DNA from: Methylocystis sp. | GTDB taxonomy: Bacteria; Pseudomonadota; Alphaproteobacteria; Rhizobiales; Beijerinckiaceae | Assembly: GCA_051061375.1 (NCBI GenBank) | Contig: JBPFDW010000020.1 | Coordinates: 139,046 to 203,045 of the forward strand | Direction: 5' to 3' | DNA length: 64,000 bases | Shown here: piece by piece, positions 39,601 to 48,921 of the stretch | Layout: each line of letters starts with the position of its first letter | How positions within the stretch are numbered: the stretch's first letter is position 1 | The notes under the pieces: generated by a model | Databases searched by the model: none | Told to the model about the DNA's origin: nothing | What the model saw: the letters and a program-made list of their open reading frames with translations, nothing else | Program-made: the position numbers and the translations under genes

Positions 39601-42167
39601 TTCTGGGATTGGCGGCGCCGCGCGATCCGAAGGACGAGGGCCTGCTGTACGGCTTCGAGCCCTGCGCCAGCCTGCGCGTCGAAGTCGAACTCGCCGCCGC
39701 CGGCGCGACCGAATTGATCATCGTCGACGGCTGGGCGCGCGACATGGGCCGGGCGACGGATTCCATCGCCCGTCATCTCGGTATTGCGCCCGCGTCGCCC
39801 GAGACTCTGAACGATGCGCTGTCACGCCGGCGCGAACTCATTCTGCCGCCGCCGCCCAAGAAACCGCGCTACGCTTTTTCGCAAGACGGACGGAGCGTCA
39901 CGCTCGGCCCCGGAACGCCGCGTCCCTTCGCTCATGTCATCGCCAACGCCTTCGGGCAAGGCGCGGTGGTCTCGAATGACGGGGATATTTTTTCGTTCCA
40001 CGGCAATTCGCGACTGAACAGCTTCACGCCGTTTCGCATGGGCGAGGGCCGCATGGCGCCGGCCGGGCAGAAATTCTACGTCTACGATCTTGCCCGAACC
40101 GACGCGCATAGTCCGACCTTCGTGCCGCTGCGCCGCCGCGACGCGGACTATCAGGTCACGTTTTCGCCGGGAGTCGCGGTGTTTCGCGCCGAGCGCGATC
40201 GCCTCGATCTCGAAATGACCGTATTCGTCAGCCCGACGCAGCCGATCGAATTCAAAATTCTCAAAATCCGCAACCGAACCGATCATGAGCGGCTGCTGCA
40301 GATCACCCCGGCGATGGAAATCGTATTGGCGGAAACGCCCAACGAGAGTCTCGGCGCGCTGGAGTCGGTCATCGACGAGAATGTGCATTCGATCTACTTC
40401 CGCAATCCGCGCAATAATTTCGTGCGCGGCTGGGCGTTCGTGACGACCTCTATGCCGGCGGAATTCGCCGAGACGTCGCGTCGTCGCTTTCTCGGCCATG
40501 AAAGCCGCGATCCCTATCTGCCTTACATGGTCGAGCACGGCCACCCGGACGCCGGCGCCCCCGCGCATGAACGAAAGGTCGCCGCGTTCAGCGGCGCGAT
40601 CGACGTGCCGGCGGGAGAAGAAGCCGTCGTCGTCGTCGCGCTGGGACAAACGACGACGATCGAGGAAGCGAAGCGGCTCGCCGATTATGCGCGCGATCCA
40701 GAGCACGCCTATGCCGAACTCGCGGCGAACGCCCGCGCCTGGGACGATCAGCTGTCGGTGCTGCGCGTCAAGACCAACCGCCCCGACTTCGACCGTCTGG
40801 TCAACGATTGGCTGCCCTATCAATTGCTCGCCGCGCGTCTCTGGGGACGCACCGGACCCTCGCAGCGTTCGGGCGCGACCGGTTACCGCGATCAGCTGCA
40901 GGACGTCATTCCGCTAATCCATCTCGCGCCAGAGCGGGCCCGCGCGCAAATCCTGTTGCACGCCGCGCATCAATATATCGAGGGCGACGCGTGCAAATGG
41001 TGGCACCGCGCGCCGAACGGCGGCACCGGCCTTGCGGATCGCACGCATTCATCGGATCCGCATCTCTGGCTACCCTATGTCACGATCCGCTATGTCCGCG
41101 GAACCGGAGACTCCGCCATCCTCGACGAGGTGGAGACCTTCCTCGAAGCCAATCCCGTGCCGAAGGATCAGGAAGGCGAAGCCACCGTGCCGCTGACCTC
41201 GCGCGACAAGGACACGCTGCTCGGCCATTGCGCGCGCGCCATCGAATGGACGCTCGATCGCTTCGGCGCGCACGGCCTGCCTCTGATGGGCACGGGCGAC
41301 TGGGATGACGGAATGAATCTCGTCGGCGACGAAGGCCGCGGAGAGAGCGTGTGGCTCGGCTTCTTCCTGCACGGCATCCTTCTCGACATCGCGCCGCTCT
41401 TCGAGGCGAAAGGCGACGCCGAACGCGCCGAGCGTTACCGCGAAAGGGCGGCGAAGCTTCGCGCGGCGCTTGAAACCTGCTGGCGCGGCGACCGCTATAT
41501 TCGCGCCTATGCCGACGACGGCGGAGAAATCGCGCCGATGAGCGCGATGACCTCGTCATGGCCGACTCTGACCAACGCCGTCGACGCCGCGCGCGGCCGC
41601 GAGGCGATCGAGAAAGCGCTTGCCGTTCTCGGCCTCGGGAATCGGGTGCTGCTCGTCGCGCCGCCCTATGACGAACACTCGCGGCCCTATCCGGGACGCA
41701 GCGCCGAATATCCGCCCGGCGTGCGCGAAAACGGCGGCCAATATTCGCATGGCGTGTCCTGGTTCGTCGACGCTTTGGCGAAGCTCGCCGCGCAGGCGCA
41801 GCAGGAGGGCGATTCGCGCGCCGCCGACGAATTGTTTCGCACGGCGTTCGAGACATGGATCGCGATTTCGCCGATTTCCAAGCTCACGACGCCCGAGGCG
41901 GCCGACATTTACGGCTTGCCGCCGCATCAGCAGCCGGCCGACGTCTATAGCGGCGAGGGCTACGAAGGACGAGGCGGCTGGAGCTGGTATACCGGCGCCG
42001 CGGCGCGCATGTTGTCGGCGGCCTATGCGCTGCTCGGACTGGAATTCGAGAACGGCGAATTGAAGCCGCGCCCCGACGCTTTCCTTCCCAAGGGCGATTT
42101 GCAGCTCGAGAGCGTGGTCTATCTCGGCAAGACGCACGAAGCGGAGAAACGTCGCCGCGGCTGGTAG
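36696..42167 (+). CDS. Multi-TM membrane domain fused to GH94 (formerly GT36) glycoside phosphorylase
   Basis: About 730 hydrophobic N-terminal aa, then RDQLQD, HGLPLMGTGDWDDGMN.VG..GRGESVWLG.FL, RENGGQY.H and GRGGW.WYTG. Confidence 0.85.
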   Translation: MAVNRGESDVKSAVFERIIIGAGFAVFAALEAAGGGEHAIVAGFFAGASIFMLRRSSESARQAADFGVDFLVVAIFTLLCDRSGVLWRAPENFAELFRFSPVGAGTAAILYLAGVVTLRARSRMAVRAALFVLPLQFSLLLALGSPVVTQIGGGLLLGLDVPDAFRNIAGRTLVLFLLNESVVVGVPLALGRFLPRQWRPHGVLFASAFLASLTPYIATSVSFFVAPYLPYPATAAVAAVAAALAQAGLWGQTYLVTQAMAGLLRATPSLQVVVFHDWRTGAEKGAVYGLVFMALLLAAGLVVSFPPAVAVISASGPIGGALIGAALFPLARAIVESTDSTPPFFARVEELYLHPSNYFRGAVAGAAVALAVMIGLPAASGGHRFLFGALAGALAYAGVDAAIDFAALTQGRRQHLRSWRVYSLGALLGALVAGAIAWYLDTGQVETIVSKFFAYTSLDYAADGRPVNDYVVRPLFSKWGATDLGRVDGGVRLFFDESFSGVIQWVFAAPLFSINLFFLTALVERSLRPLRQLASWQGLDMLVENAVRVLRWGLWMAPVIYSFLKASPDPTWYNQDGLIRTGVASWMNYILPDSDFRAWSLDIFTALLAYDALRVLIWFDHMGLRVATLVNLSFVGGDAADEKAARFLGKSQTSRAIPEGIRRFGTWAPLLLPFYIPRGADWDGAWSASEQLAHTRPPSYAYLVSGYLIYAGLVAFGLVIFLLGRLARAQKVTIEGITGAGGVPGSRPLKLTNGLMTSEWFQDGQGAIRIEGVARGGPPIDLTRRPDDHAHPRGRFLFLREDGGELWSIGEAPTRCRAAQASLTDAGENCLFFMAERNGFAIEARVSLAADEAVEITRLKIVNLEQRHRKLVLASLREWVLNETGVELRDAAYNAIHVGTWYVRSLNAIFAQNRLLKGGARRQSDRRLSPEIGFHAIGGGADAKISVVGYEDVKSRFYGMGSVHAPDSLLGLAAPRDPKDEGLLYGFEPCASLRVEVELAAAGATELIIVDGWARDMGRATDSIARHLGIAPASPETLNDALSRRRELILPPPPKKPRYAFSQDGRSVTLGPGTPRPFAHVIANAFGQGAVVSNDGDIFSFHGNSRLNSFTPFRMGEGRMAPAGQKFYVYDLARTDAHSPTFVPLRRRDADYQVTFSPGVAVFRAERDRLDLEMTVFVSPTQPIEFKILKIRNRTDHERLLQITPAMEIVLAETPNESLGALESVIDENVHSIYFRNPRNNFVRGWAFVTTSMPAEFAETSRRRFLGHESRDPYLPYMVEHGHPDAGAPAHERKVAAFSGAIDVPAGEEAVVVVALGQTTTIEEAKRLADYARDPEHAYAELAANARAWDDQLSVLRVKTNRPDFDRLVNDWLPYQLLAARLWGRTGPSQRSGATGYRDQLQDVIPLIHLAPERARAQILLHAAHQYIEGDACKWWHRAPNGGTGLADRTHSSDPHLWLPYVTIRYVRGTGDSAILDEVETFLEANPVPKDQEGEATVPLTSRDKDTLLGHCARAIEWTLDRFGAHGLPLMGTGDWDDGMNLVGDEGRGESVWLGFFLHGILLDIAPLFEAKGDAERAERYRERAAKLRAALETCWRGDRYIRAYADDGGEIAPMSAMTSSWPTLTNAVDAARGREAIEKALAVLGLGNRVLLVAPPYDEHSRPYPGRSAEYPPGVRENGGQYSHGVSWFVDALAKLAAQAQQEGDSRAADELFRTAFETWIAISPISKLTTPEAADIYGLPPHQQPADVYSGEGYEGRGGWSWYTGAAARMLSAAYALLGLEFENGELKPRPDAFLPKGDLQLESVVYLGKTHEAEKRRRGW

Positions 42168-42190
42168 CATGTGCTGGAGGCGCGGAGGAT

Positions 42191-43378
42191 ATGGCTGATC
42201 TCGTCGTCACGCTCAACGCCGGCTCGTCTTCGGTGAAGTTCGCTCTCTTCGCCGCGGATGCGGAATGGCCGCGGCTGATCGTCTCCGGCGCGGTCGAAGG
42301 GCTCGGCGCGAAGCCGCGCTTTCGCGTCGATGCCGTCGAGGGCGAAGGGAGCGAGAAGAAGCTCGCCGCCAGGCTCACCCACAGGCAGGCGATCGCGGCG
42401 ATTTTCAAATGGATCGAAACCGCCTACCCCGCGGCGGCGATCAGCGCGATCGGGCACCGCGTCGTGCATGGCGGATTGCGTTTCGCGGCGCCCGTCGTCG
42501 TCGACGCTGAAACGCTCAACGCGCTGCGCGAATTCATCCCGCTTGCGCCATTACATCAGCCGCACAACATCGCGGGAATTGAGGGCGCCCGCGAGGCGTT
42601 TCCGCATGTGCCGCAGGTTGCGTGTTTCGACACCGCCTTCCACCGTGGACATACATTCGTCGACGACGCCTATGCGCTTCCCTATTCCTATTACGAGAAA
42701 GGATTGCGACGTTTCGGCTTCCATGGCCTGTCCTATGAATATATCGCCCGGCGTCTGCGAACGATCGATCCGATTCACGCCGAGGGCGGCGTCATCGTCG
42801 CGCATCTCGGCAATGGCGCTTCGCTTTGCGCGATGAAAGGCGGGCGCTCGATCGCCACCACCATGGGTTTTTCGGCGCTGGAAGGCCTCCCGATGGGCAC
42901 GCGCTGCGGAGAGATCGATCCCGGCCTGCTGCTCTATTTACTTACGAGCGAAGGGATGACCGCGGAAGAACTTTCACATCTTCTCTACGAACGCTCCGGC
43001 CTTCTGGGCCTTTCCGGCCTGTCGCACGACATGCGCGCGCTCGAGTCTTCCGATGCGCCGCGCGCCGCGGCGGCGATCGCCTACTTCATTCATCGCATCA
43101 AGATGGAGATCGCCGCGCTGACCGCGGTCATCGGCGGTCTCGACGCGCTGGTTTTTACTGCCGGGATCGGAGAGCGCTCCCCGCGCATCCGGGCCGGCGT
43201 GGTCGACGGGCTCGGCTGGCTGGGGCTGGCGCTCGACGCGACGGCGAATGCGCGCAACGACTCGCTCATCTCGTCGCCTCAATCGCGCATGCCGGTTTTC
43301 GTGACGCCGACCGACGAGGAGGCGATGATCGCGCGCCACACGATCGAAACCGCGGGAGTGTCGGTCGCGGCGAGGTAA
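42191..43378 (+). CDS. ackA: Acetate/propionate kinase
   Basis: LNAGSSS.KF, GHRVVHGG, APLH, FDTAFH, GFHGLSY and HLGNGAS. Confidence 0.95.
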   Translation: MADLVVTLNAGSSSVKFALFAADAEWPRLIVSGAVEGLGAKPRFRVDAVEGEGSEKKLAARLTHRQAIAAIFKWIETAYPAAAISAIGHRVVHGGLRFAAPVVVDAETLNALREFIPLAPLHQPHNIAGIEGAREAFPHVPQVACFDTAFHRGHTFVDDAYALPYSYYEKGLRRFGFHGLSYEYIARRLRTIDPIHAEGGVIVAHLGNGASLCAMKGGRSIATTMGFSALEGLPMGTRCGEIDPGLLLYLLTSEGMTAEELSHLLYERSGLLGLSGLSHDMRALESSDAPRAAAAIAYFIHRIKMEIAALTAVIGGLDALVFTAGIGERSPRIRAGVVDGLGWLGLALDATANARNDSLISSPQSRMPVFVTPTDEEAMIARHTIETAGVSVAAR

Positions 43379-43629
43379 AAGGCGAGTAAGGCGCGCGACT
43401 TTGATTTTAGGAGCCGAACGCCGTCGAGCCGGCGAAATTCGGGCAGACTCCGACCGATCGTTGCGCGGTGAAGCAGGGTAAACCAATAAAATAAATTGAC
43501 CCGCCGAGACTAAATCGCCAAGATGTCAATAATCATTTGGGATGAAGGCATGGTTTCCCGTAGCGGCGCGGGTTCGATCCAAATGCAGATTTCGCCGTCA
43601 GAAGTGATTGGCGTATTGACGAGGTCGTA

Positions 43630-44418
43630 GTGCCGAGCGTCAAAAAACATGCAAGCCTGTCGAGCGAAGAGGGCGGCCTGATCGGGGCCATCGCTCGGCG
43701 AATTCCCGAAGTCATCTCCCCCAATCATCTAACGTTCGTCGGGCTGGCCGGCGCGGTCCTTGTCGCCGCCGGATTTATCGCGACCCGCTGGTCGAACTGG
43801 TTTCTGGCGCTCGTCGCATGTGGGCTCGCCGTCAATTGGCTCGGCGAAAATCTGGAGCGGGCGGTTTCCGCGCGCCGCGGCGTCTCGTTCCATTACTATG
43901 GCTATTTCATCAATAATTCGGCGGATCTCGTCGCTCAAACGCTGATGATCATGGCGCTTGGCTTCTCGCCCTATTTCACGATTCCGTCGGCGCTGCTCGT
44001 TCTTTCGCTCTATCTGTTGCTCAGTTCGTATAAATATTTGCTTGTCGTGATCCATGGCGACGACCGGCCGCGTGGCGGAATCGAGCCTAAAGGCGTGCGG
44101 CTGCTGGTGATGGGCTGGTCGCTCTCCGCGGCGCTGATCGGACATGAACTCGTCGCGCAACGCATATTCTCTTTCGCCGCGCTCGACGTCGTCGTCGCTG
44201 GTGTGTCGATTTGCGCCTTTATCGCTTTCATGTTGATCGTTCGTCGAGATCTGGGGCGCGTTCGGCTTCAGGAGCTTGGCGTCGCGGACGACGAAACATC
44301 AATTGACCAGGACGAGATCATATCGGACCCAGGCGAGATTATTTCGATCGCCCCGCAATTCGCCCCAGTCCGCAGTCGCTCGCCGGCTCGAAGCGACAAG
44401 AAGATTTCGGCGGGCTAG
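43630..44418 (+). CDS. CDP-alcohol phosphatidyltransferase-like membrane protein with degenerate catalytic motif
   Basis: IP..ISPNHLT..G, VNW.G and YG.FI....D, but the canonical aspartates are replaced. Confidence 0.7.
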   Translation: MPSVKKHASLSSEEGGLIGAIARRIPEVISPNHLTFVGLAGAVLVAAGFIATRWSNWFLALVACGLAVNWLGENLERAVSARRGVSFHYYGYFINNSADLVAQTLMIMALGFSPYFTIPSALLVLSLYLLLSSYKYLLVVIHGDDRPRGGIEPKGVRLLVMGWSLSAALIGHELVAQRIFSFAALDVVVAGVSICAFIAFMLIVRRDLGRVRLQELGVADDETSIDQDEIISDPGEIISIAPQFAPVRSRSPARSDKKISAG

Positions 44419-44440
44419 GCCGCGCGCCGGAATCAGGCTT

Positions 44441-44500
44441 TAGATCAAGCTGAATTGGGATTCGCCCCAAAAGTTGAGGGCGCGCTCTACCCGGAAAGCG
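44441..44500 (-). repeat. Family A repeat, degenerate and truncated copy 5
   Basis: TAGATCA.GCTG.ATT.GG...CCAAAAGTT.AGGGCGCGCTCTAC. Confidence 0.55.
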
Positions 44501-44835
44501 AGCCGGGCTCTGGCGGCTCGCATCGGCCAAAGCGGCCAGCGACGCCTTCGGCCGCCTGCCGCAGGCCGTGTTCGGCCCAGGCGACGGGCGTCGCGGGTCT
44601 CATCCGGGCGCTCTTTCGTTCGACCGAATCCTTCGAATATTTCGTTCGAATCGCGCGCGCGATCCCGAGTGACGCCGATTATCGACCGATGCCGCGCCGT
44701 TCTGCTCAGGGCCCGATGTCTCATTTGCTCCTTTTGTTTGCCGTAATTTTGTAATTGACGTACGAAGCGGAAGAAGAAGAATTCGCGCGTTGCTTACTGG
44801 TCAAAGCTGAGGCGTCCAGTTAACAGGAGTAGCCC

Positions 44836-45216
44836 GTGACGTATCCCAACAATGCAAAGCTTTCGACTGACAATCGGACTGTGGCGTCGTTTGAAGAGGC
44901 CGCCAATAGATTTCGAACCTATTTCGAGCGGCAAGTGCTTGCCGCTCTGCCGGAATTCGCGCGCCGCGAACTCGAAGGCGAGTTGCGCGCTTTATCCGAT
45001 CTGTCGGACGCCGATCCTATTCCGGCCTTGGCGGAGGCGTCGCTCGTTCGCGCCGAGCAATGCGCGCATGATTTGCTCAGCATGAATTATGACGGATCCG
45101 CCGGCTCCTTCTTGCGCCGCTCGGTGCGCGAGGCGGCGGCGGACATAAAGGGCGCGGTAATCGCCGCATCGCGGCAGGGCGGGAATGTCATAGCCTTTCC
45201 GCGAAGGGTTTCCTGA
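44836..45216 (+). CDS. Hypothetical protein
   Basis: AGGAG RBS, GTG start, ends in GNVIAFPRR. Confidence 0.65.
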   Translation: MTYPNNAKLSTDNRTVASFEEAANRFRTYFERQVLAALPEFARRELEGELRALSDLSDADPIPALAEASLVRAEQCAHDLLSMNYDGSAGSFLRRSVREAAADIKGAVIAASRQGGNVIAFPRRVS

Positions 45217-45359
45217 CCCACCGACGGCGCCGCCGAGCGCTGTCGCCTCGGCGCATGATGCAGCCCCCGATGGGGATGCGGTCGGCGACCTGCTATGTTC
45301 CGTTCGTTTGCGGCCGTTCCACGCAGCGGCCAACTTCCATAACGGGCGGAGAAGGTCAA

Positions 45360-46145
45360 ATGCTCACCTCAATCGCTGGTCGGTCGGTGATCGTCACCGG
45401 AGGCAGCCGGGGGATCGGCCGGGGCCTCGCGCGCGTCTTCGCGGCCAAAGGCGCGCGCGTGCTGGTGGTCGGCCGCGACCTCGCGCAGGCCGAGGCGACG
45501 GCGGCCGCGATCCGGGCGGAAGGGGGAGAAGCCAGCGGCTTTTCCGCTGACGTCGGCGATCCCGGCGATGTCGAACGCATGGCCGCCGCCGCGCTCGAAC
45601 GGCAGGGCGGCATCGACATTCTCTGCGCCAACGCCGGTATTTTTCCGGCCGCCCGGCTGATGGAGATGACTCTCGAGCAATGGAACGAGGTGCTGTCCGT
45701 CAATCTCGCCGGCGCTTTCCTTTGCGTGCGGGCCTGCGCGCCGGCGCTGGCGCGCAGCGGCCGCGGAAGGATCGTGCTCACCTCGTCCATCACCGGCCCG
45801 ATCACCGGCTATCCCGGCTGGACCCATTATGCGGCGAGCAAGTCGGGACAGCTGGGGTTCATGCGCACCGCGGCGCTGGAGCTGACGCCGCTCGGGATCA
45901 CCATCAACGCCGTCCTGCCGGGCAATGTGCGCACCGAAGGGCTCGACGCGCTCGGCGACGAATATGCGGCGAAGATGACGGCGTCCATTCCGCAGGCCAG
46001 GTTAGGGAGCGTCGAGGACATCGCTTACGCGGCGCTGTTTTTCGCCAGCGACGAAGCTGCTTACATCACCGGCCAGACGCTGGTGATCGACGGCGGGCAG
46101 GTGTTGCCCGAGTCGCTGATGGCGCTGCAGGAGATCGGGCAGTGA
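45360..46145 (+). CDS. SDR oxidoreductase (FabG-like)
   Basis: TGGSRGIG, CANAG, YAASK and INAVLPG. Confidence 0.93.
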   Translation: MLTSIAGRSVIVTGGSRGIGRGLARVFAAKGARVLVVGRDLAQAEATAAAIRAEGGEASGFSADVGDPGDVERMAAAALERQGGIDILCANAGIFPAARLMEMTLEQWNEVLSVNLAGAFLCVRACAPALARSGRGRIVLTSSITGPITGYPGWTHYAASKSGQLGFMRTAALELTPLGITINAVLPGNVRTEGLDALGDEYAAKMTASIPQARLGSVEDIAYAALFFASDEAAYITGQTLVIDGGQVLPESLMALQEIGQ

Positions 46146-46172
46146 AGGTCTGCGGCCCAGCGGCCATGGAAG

Positions 46173-46326
46173 GTCGACGACGGCGCTTGGTTCGTCAGCT
46201 TCATGAGCTGCGATCTCGGCTTCATCGGTCTGGAGCGGAAGCCTTGCAACTCTTCGACGGCCGGCTCGGCCCGAAGTTGTCACCTCTGTCTTAAGAACAG
46301 ACAGCGCCTATGTCTTCCGACCGGAC
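46173..46326 (+). mobile_element. IS481-family remnant (transposase C-terminus and right end)
   Basis: VDDGAWFVSFMSCDLGFIGLERK / LQLFDGRLGPKLSPLS* resembles the IS481 tail as recalled (VDDGIWLVSFM.YDLG..DLE...LQP.DNPFGP.LSPMS); ends about 10 bp from the tRNA CCA. Confidence 0.75.
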
Positions 46327-46336
46327 GGACTCTTCT

Positions 46337-46412
46337 TGGTGGAGCTGGGGGGATTCGAACCCCCGACCTCTGCAGTGCGATTGCAGCGCTCTCCCATCTG
46401 AGCTACAGCCCC
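46337..46412 (-). tRNA. tRNA-Ala (CGC)
   Basis: Reverse complement GGGGCTGTAGCTCAGATGGGAGAGCGCTGCAATCGCACTGCAGAGGTCGGGGGTTCGAATCCCCCCAGCTCCACCA; G3:U70 pair present. Confidence 0.97.
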
Positions 46413-46810
46413 GCTCCGGCGCGTGGGGTACACGGGGGGCGATATCCTGTCAATTGGATTTGGCTCGCCCCGGACGAGCGCTTGTCTTCGGCAATTTCCG
46501 GAACATAATAATGAAGTTCTCCGGTTGAAGGAGAGGAGCCGCTTCTTCGAGCGCGTTGGCGTTGGAGGGTCGGTTGGGCAAGTCGCTTTGCGGAGCATGG
46601 TCTGGATTTAACTAACTTAGACAAAGCTATTGGCTTAATTTTTTTGTTCAGTGAATTCGTGAAGGCCTTTTGAGTTAGCGGCGCGCTTTAGCGCGCAAAA
46701 CGCCGCTTTGAAAATTGTTAAGCCGCCGCGCGGCAAAGTTTTTGGAGTATGCGTTATGGTCGAGGACGGCAAGAACAATTCGTCTGGAATCGGCGTATTT
46801 TTGGCTGCGC

Positions 46811-47072
46811 GATGATGTTGTGCTTCAGCGCCGAAAAAGCTCGCGAGACAACGAAAAGTAAGCTGATGAAAGGAATGGTCGCCGCCAAAGCGGCTGACCC
46901 CTCCGGTCCAAAGCCCGCGCAGCTCGAAACGCTGCTCGCGCTCGTCGATGGACTGCGCGAGGGCTCCTTCGTGCCGCTCTCGCAGCAGCCGCCGATTCGC
47001 GCGTTGCTGCTGCCGCTTGGCGGCCTCGGCTGGACGGCGCTTCTCGATTATCGGATTTTGCCCGGCCTGTAA
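46811..47072 (+). pseudogene. Probable C-terminal remnant of a larger membrane protein
   Basis: SAEKARE...LREGSFVPLSQQP.IRALLLPLGG.G..ALL tail with no convincing start. Confidence 0.4.
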
Positions 47073-47192
47073 TATCTGGGACGTGGTCGGGAGGAGCCGC
47101 GGGCGTGGCCGGGAGGAGGCCGGGAGAGGATTGCCGCGGCGGGGCGGGGAGGCTAGACAGTCGGCTGCTTCTTTCGCCGCTGGAATCCGGTC

Positions 47193-47489
47193 ATGTCCTA
47201 CGCTGTGGTAAAACTCCTTCTCACGATCATCGACATTTACTGGTGGATTCTGCTCGCCACGGTGGTCATCTCCTGGCTCATCGCCTTCGATGTCATCAAC
47301 ATGCGCTCGAACGCCGCCTATTCGATCTGGAAATGGCTCAACGCCCTCACCGAGCCGCTGCTCGGGCCGATCCGCTCGGTGCTGCCGAGCGTCGGCGGGC
47401 TCGACATTTCGCCGCTTATCCTGCTGCTGCTCATGCAATTCCTGCGCGATCTGATCGCGAACGCCGCCGGCGGCCTTGCCTACGGCTAA
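47193..47489 (+). CDS. yggT: YggT family membrane protein
   Basis: SWLIAF.VIN, LTEPLL.PIR..LP..GGLDISP. Confidence 0.93.
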   Translation: MSYAVVKLLLTIIDIYWWILLATVVISWLIAFDVINMRSNAAYSIWKWLNALTEPLLGPIRSVLPSVGGLDISPLILLLLMQFLRDLIANAAGGLAYG

Positions 47490-47811
47490 GACGCGGGACG
47501 CCTGGGCGGCGGCGGCGGACGGCGTCGCGCTTTACGTGCGGCTGACGCCAAAGGGCGGACGCGACGCCCTCGACGGCGTCGAGACTCTCGCCGACGGCCG
47601 CAGCGTGTTGAAGGCCCGGGTGCGCGCCGCGCCTGAAAACGGCCGGGCGAATGAGGCGCTGATCGCGCTGATCGCTTCCGCGCTGCGCGTTCCCAAAAGC
47701 GCGGTCGCGATCCGCGCCGGCGCGACAAGCCGGATCAAGACGGTTTTCGTCGCGGGCCCGCCCGCGCTTTATCTCGACGCGCTGGCGAGGCTGGCGCCAA
47801 CAAGCGGTTAG
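47476..47811 (+). CDS. yggU: DUF167/YggU family protein
   Basis: VRLTPKGGRD, LKARV.A.PE.G.AN.AL and GATSR.K. Confidence 0.9.
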   Translation: MPTAKTRDAWAAAADGVALYVRLTPKGGRDALDGVETLADGRSVLKARVRAAPENGRANEALIALIASALRVPKSAVAIRAGATSRIKTVFVAGPPALYLDALARLAPTSG

Positions 47812-47814
47812 GAC

Positions 47815-48873
47815 ATGATGAAGTCGAAGATCAACGTCGGCAATTTCTTCGAGGACTTCAAGATCGGCCAGATCATCCGCCACGCCGCGCCGCGCACGGT
47901 GACGGTCGGCGAGGTCGCGCTCTATACGGCGCTTTATCTGCCGCGCTTCGCCGTCCAGTCGTCGACGGCCTTTGCGCAGGCGATCGGCTATGAGCGCGCG
48001 CCGATCGACGATCTGCTGGTCTTTCATCTCGTGCTCGGCAAGACCGTGCCGGACGTTTCTCTCAACGCCATCGCCAATCTCGGCTACGCCGATTTCAAGT
48101 TTCTCGTTCCGGTCTATCCCGGCGACACGCTGTCGGCGACGTCCGAGGTCATCGGCCTGAAGGAAAATTCCAATAAGGAAACCGGCGTCGTCTATGTGCG
48201 CACGACCGGCGCCAATCAGCGCGGCGAAACCGTGCTGAGCTATGCGCGATGGGTCATGGTGAAGAAGCGCGACAGGGACGCGCCCGTCGGGCCCGAGGTC
48301 GTGCCCGATCTGCCGAAGTCGGTCGATCCGTCGGAACTCGGCCGGGCGGCGCCGCCGCTCAATGTCGCCGCCTATGACCGGGCGCTTGCCGGCTCGCCCT
48401 ATGTCTGGGGCGATTACGACAAGGGCGAGAAGATCGACCATGTCGACGGCATGACGGTCGAGGAGGCGGAGCACCAGCTTGCGACGCGGCTCTATCAGAA
48501 CAACTCGAAAGTCCATTTTAATCAGTATTATGAGGCGCAGGGCCGGTTCGGCAAACGCATCATCTACGGCGGCCATGTGATTTCGCTCGCCAGGGCTTTG
48601 TCCTTCAACGGGCTGGAGAATGTCTTCCATATCTCGGCGGTGAACGGCGGCCGTCATGTCAATCCGCTGTTCGCCGGGGGCACGGTCTTCGCCTGGTCGG
48701 AAGTGCTGGACAAGGCGGAGATTCCCGGCCGCAAGGACATCGGCGCGCTGCGCCTGCGGCTCGTCGCGACCAAGGATAAGCCCTGCGCGGATTTTCCGCT
48801 TCAAGGCGCCGACGGGAAGCCCGACCCGGCGGTCCTGCTTGACCTTGATTATTGGGGCGTGCTGCCGCGGTGA
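47815..48873 (+). CDS. mch: Double MaoC dehydratase, probable mesaconyl-C1-CoA hydratase (ethylmalonyl-CoA pathway)
   Basis: GNFFEDF, GKTVPDVS.NA.ANLGYA, HVDGMT.EEAEH..ATRL.QN and YGGHVIS.ARALSFNGL. Confidence 0.8.
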   Translation: MMKSKINVGNFFEDFKIGQIIRHAAPRTVTVGEVALYTALYLPRFAVQSSTAFAQAIGYERAPIDDLLVFHLVLGKTVPDVSLNAIANLGYADFKFLVPVYPGDTLSATSEVIGLKENSNKETGVVYVRTTGANQRGETVLSYARWVMVKKRDRDAPVGPEVVPDLPKSVDPSELGRAAPPLNVAAYDRALAGSPYVWGDYDKGEKIDHVDGMTVEEAEHQLATRLYQNNSKVHFNQYYEAQGRFGKRIIYGGHVISLARALSFNGLENVFHISAVNGGRHVNPLFAGGTVFAWSEVLDKAEIPGRKDIGALRLRLVATKDKPCADFPLQGADGKPDPAVLLDLDYWGVLPR

Positions 48874-48921
48874 ATCAGCTATGATGCGCGGTCCTATCAG
48901 CGATCTGGGGGGATTTGTCGA

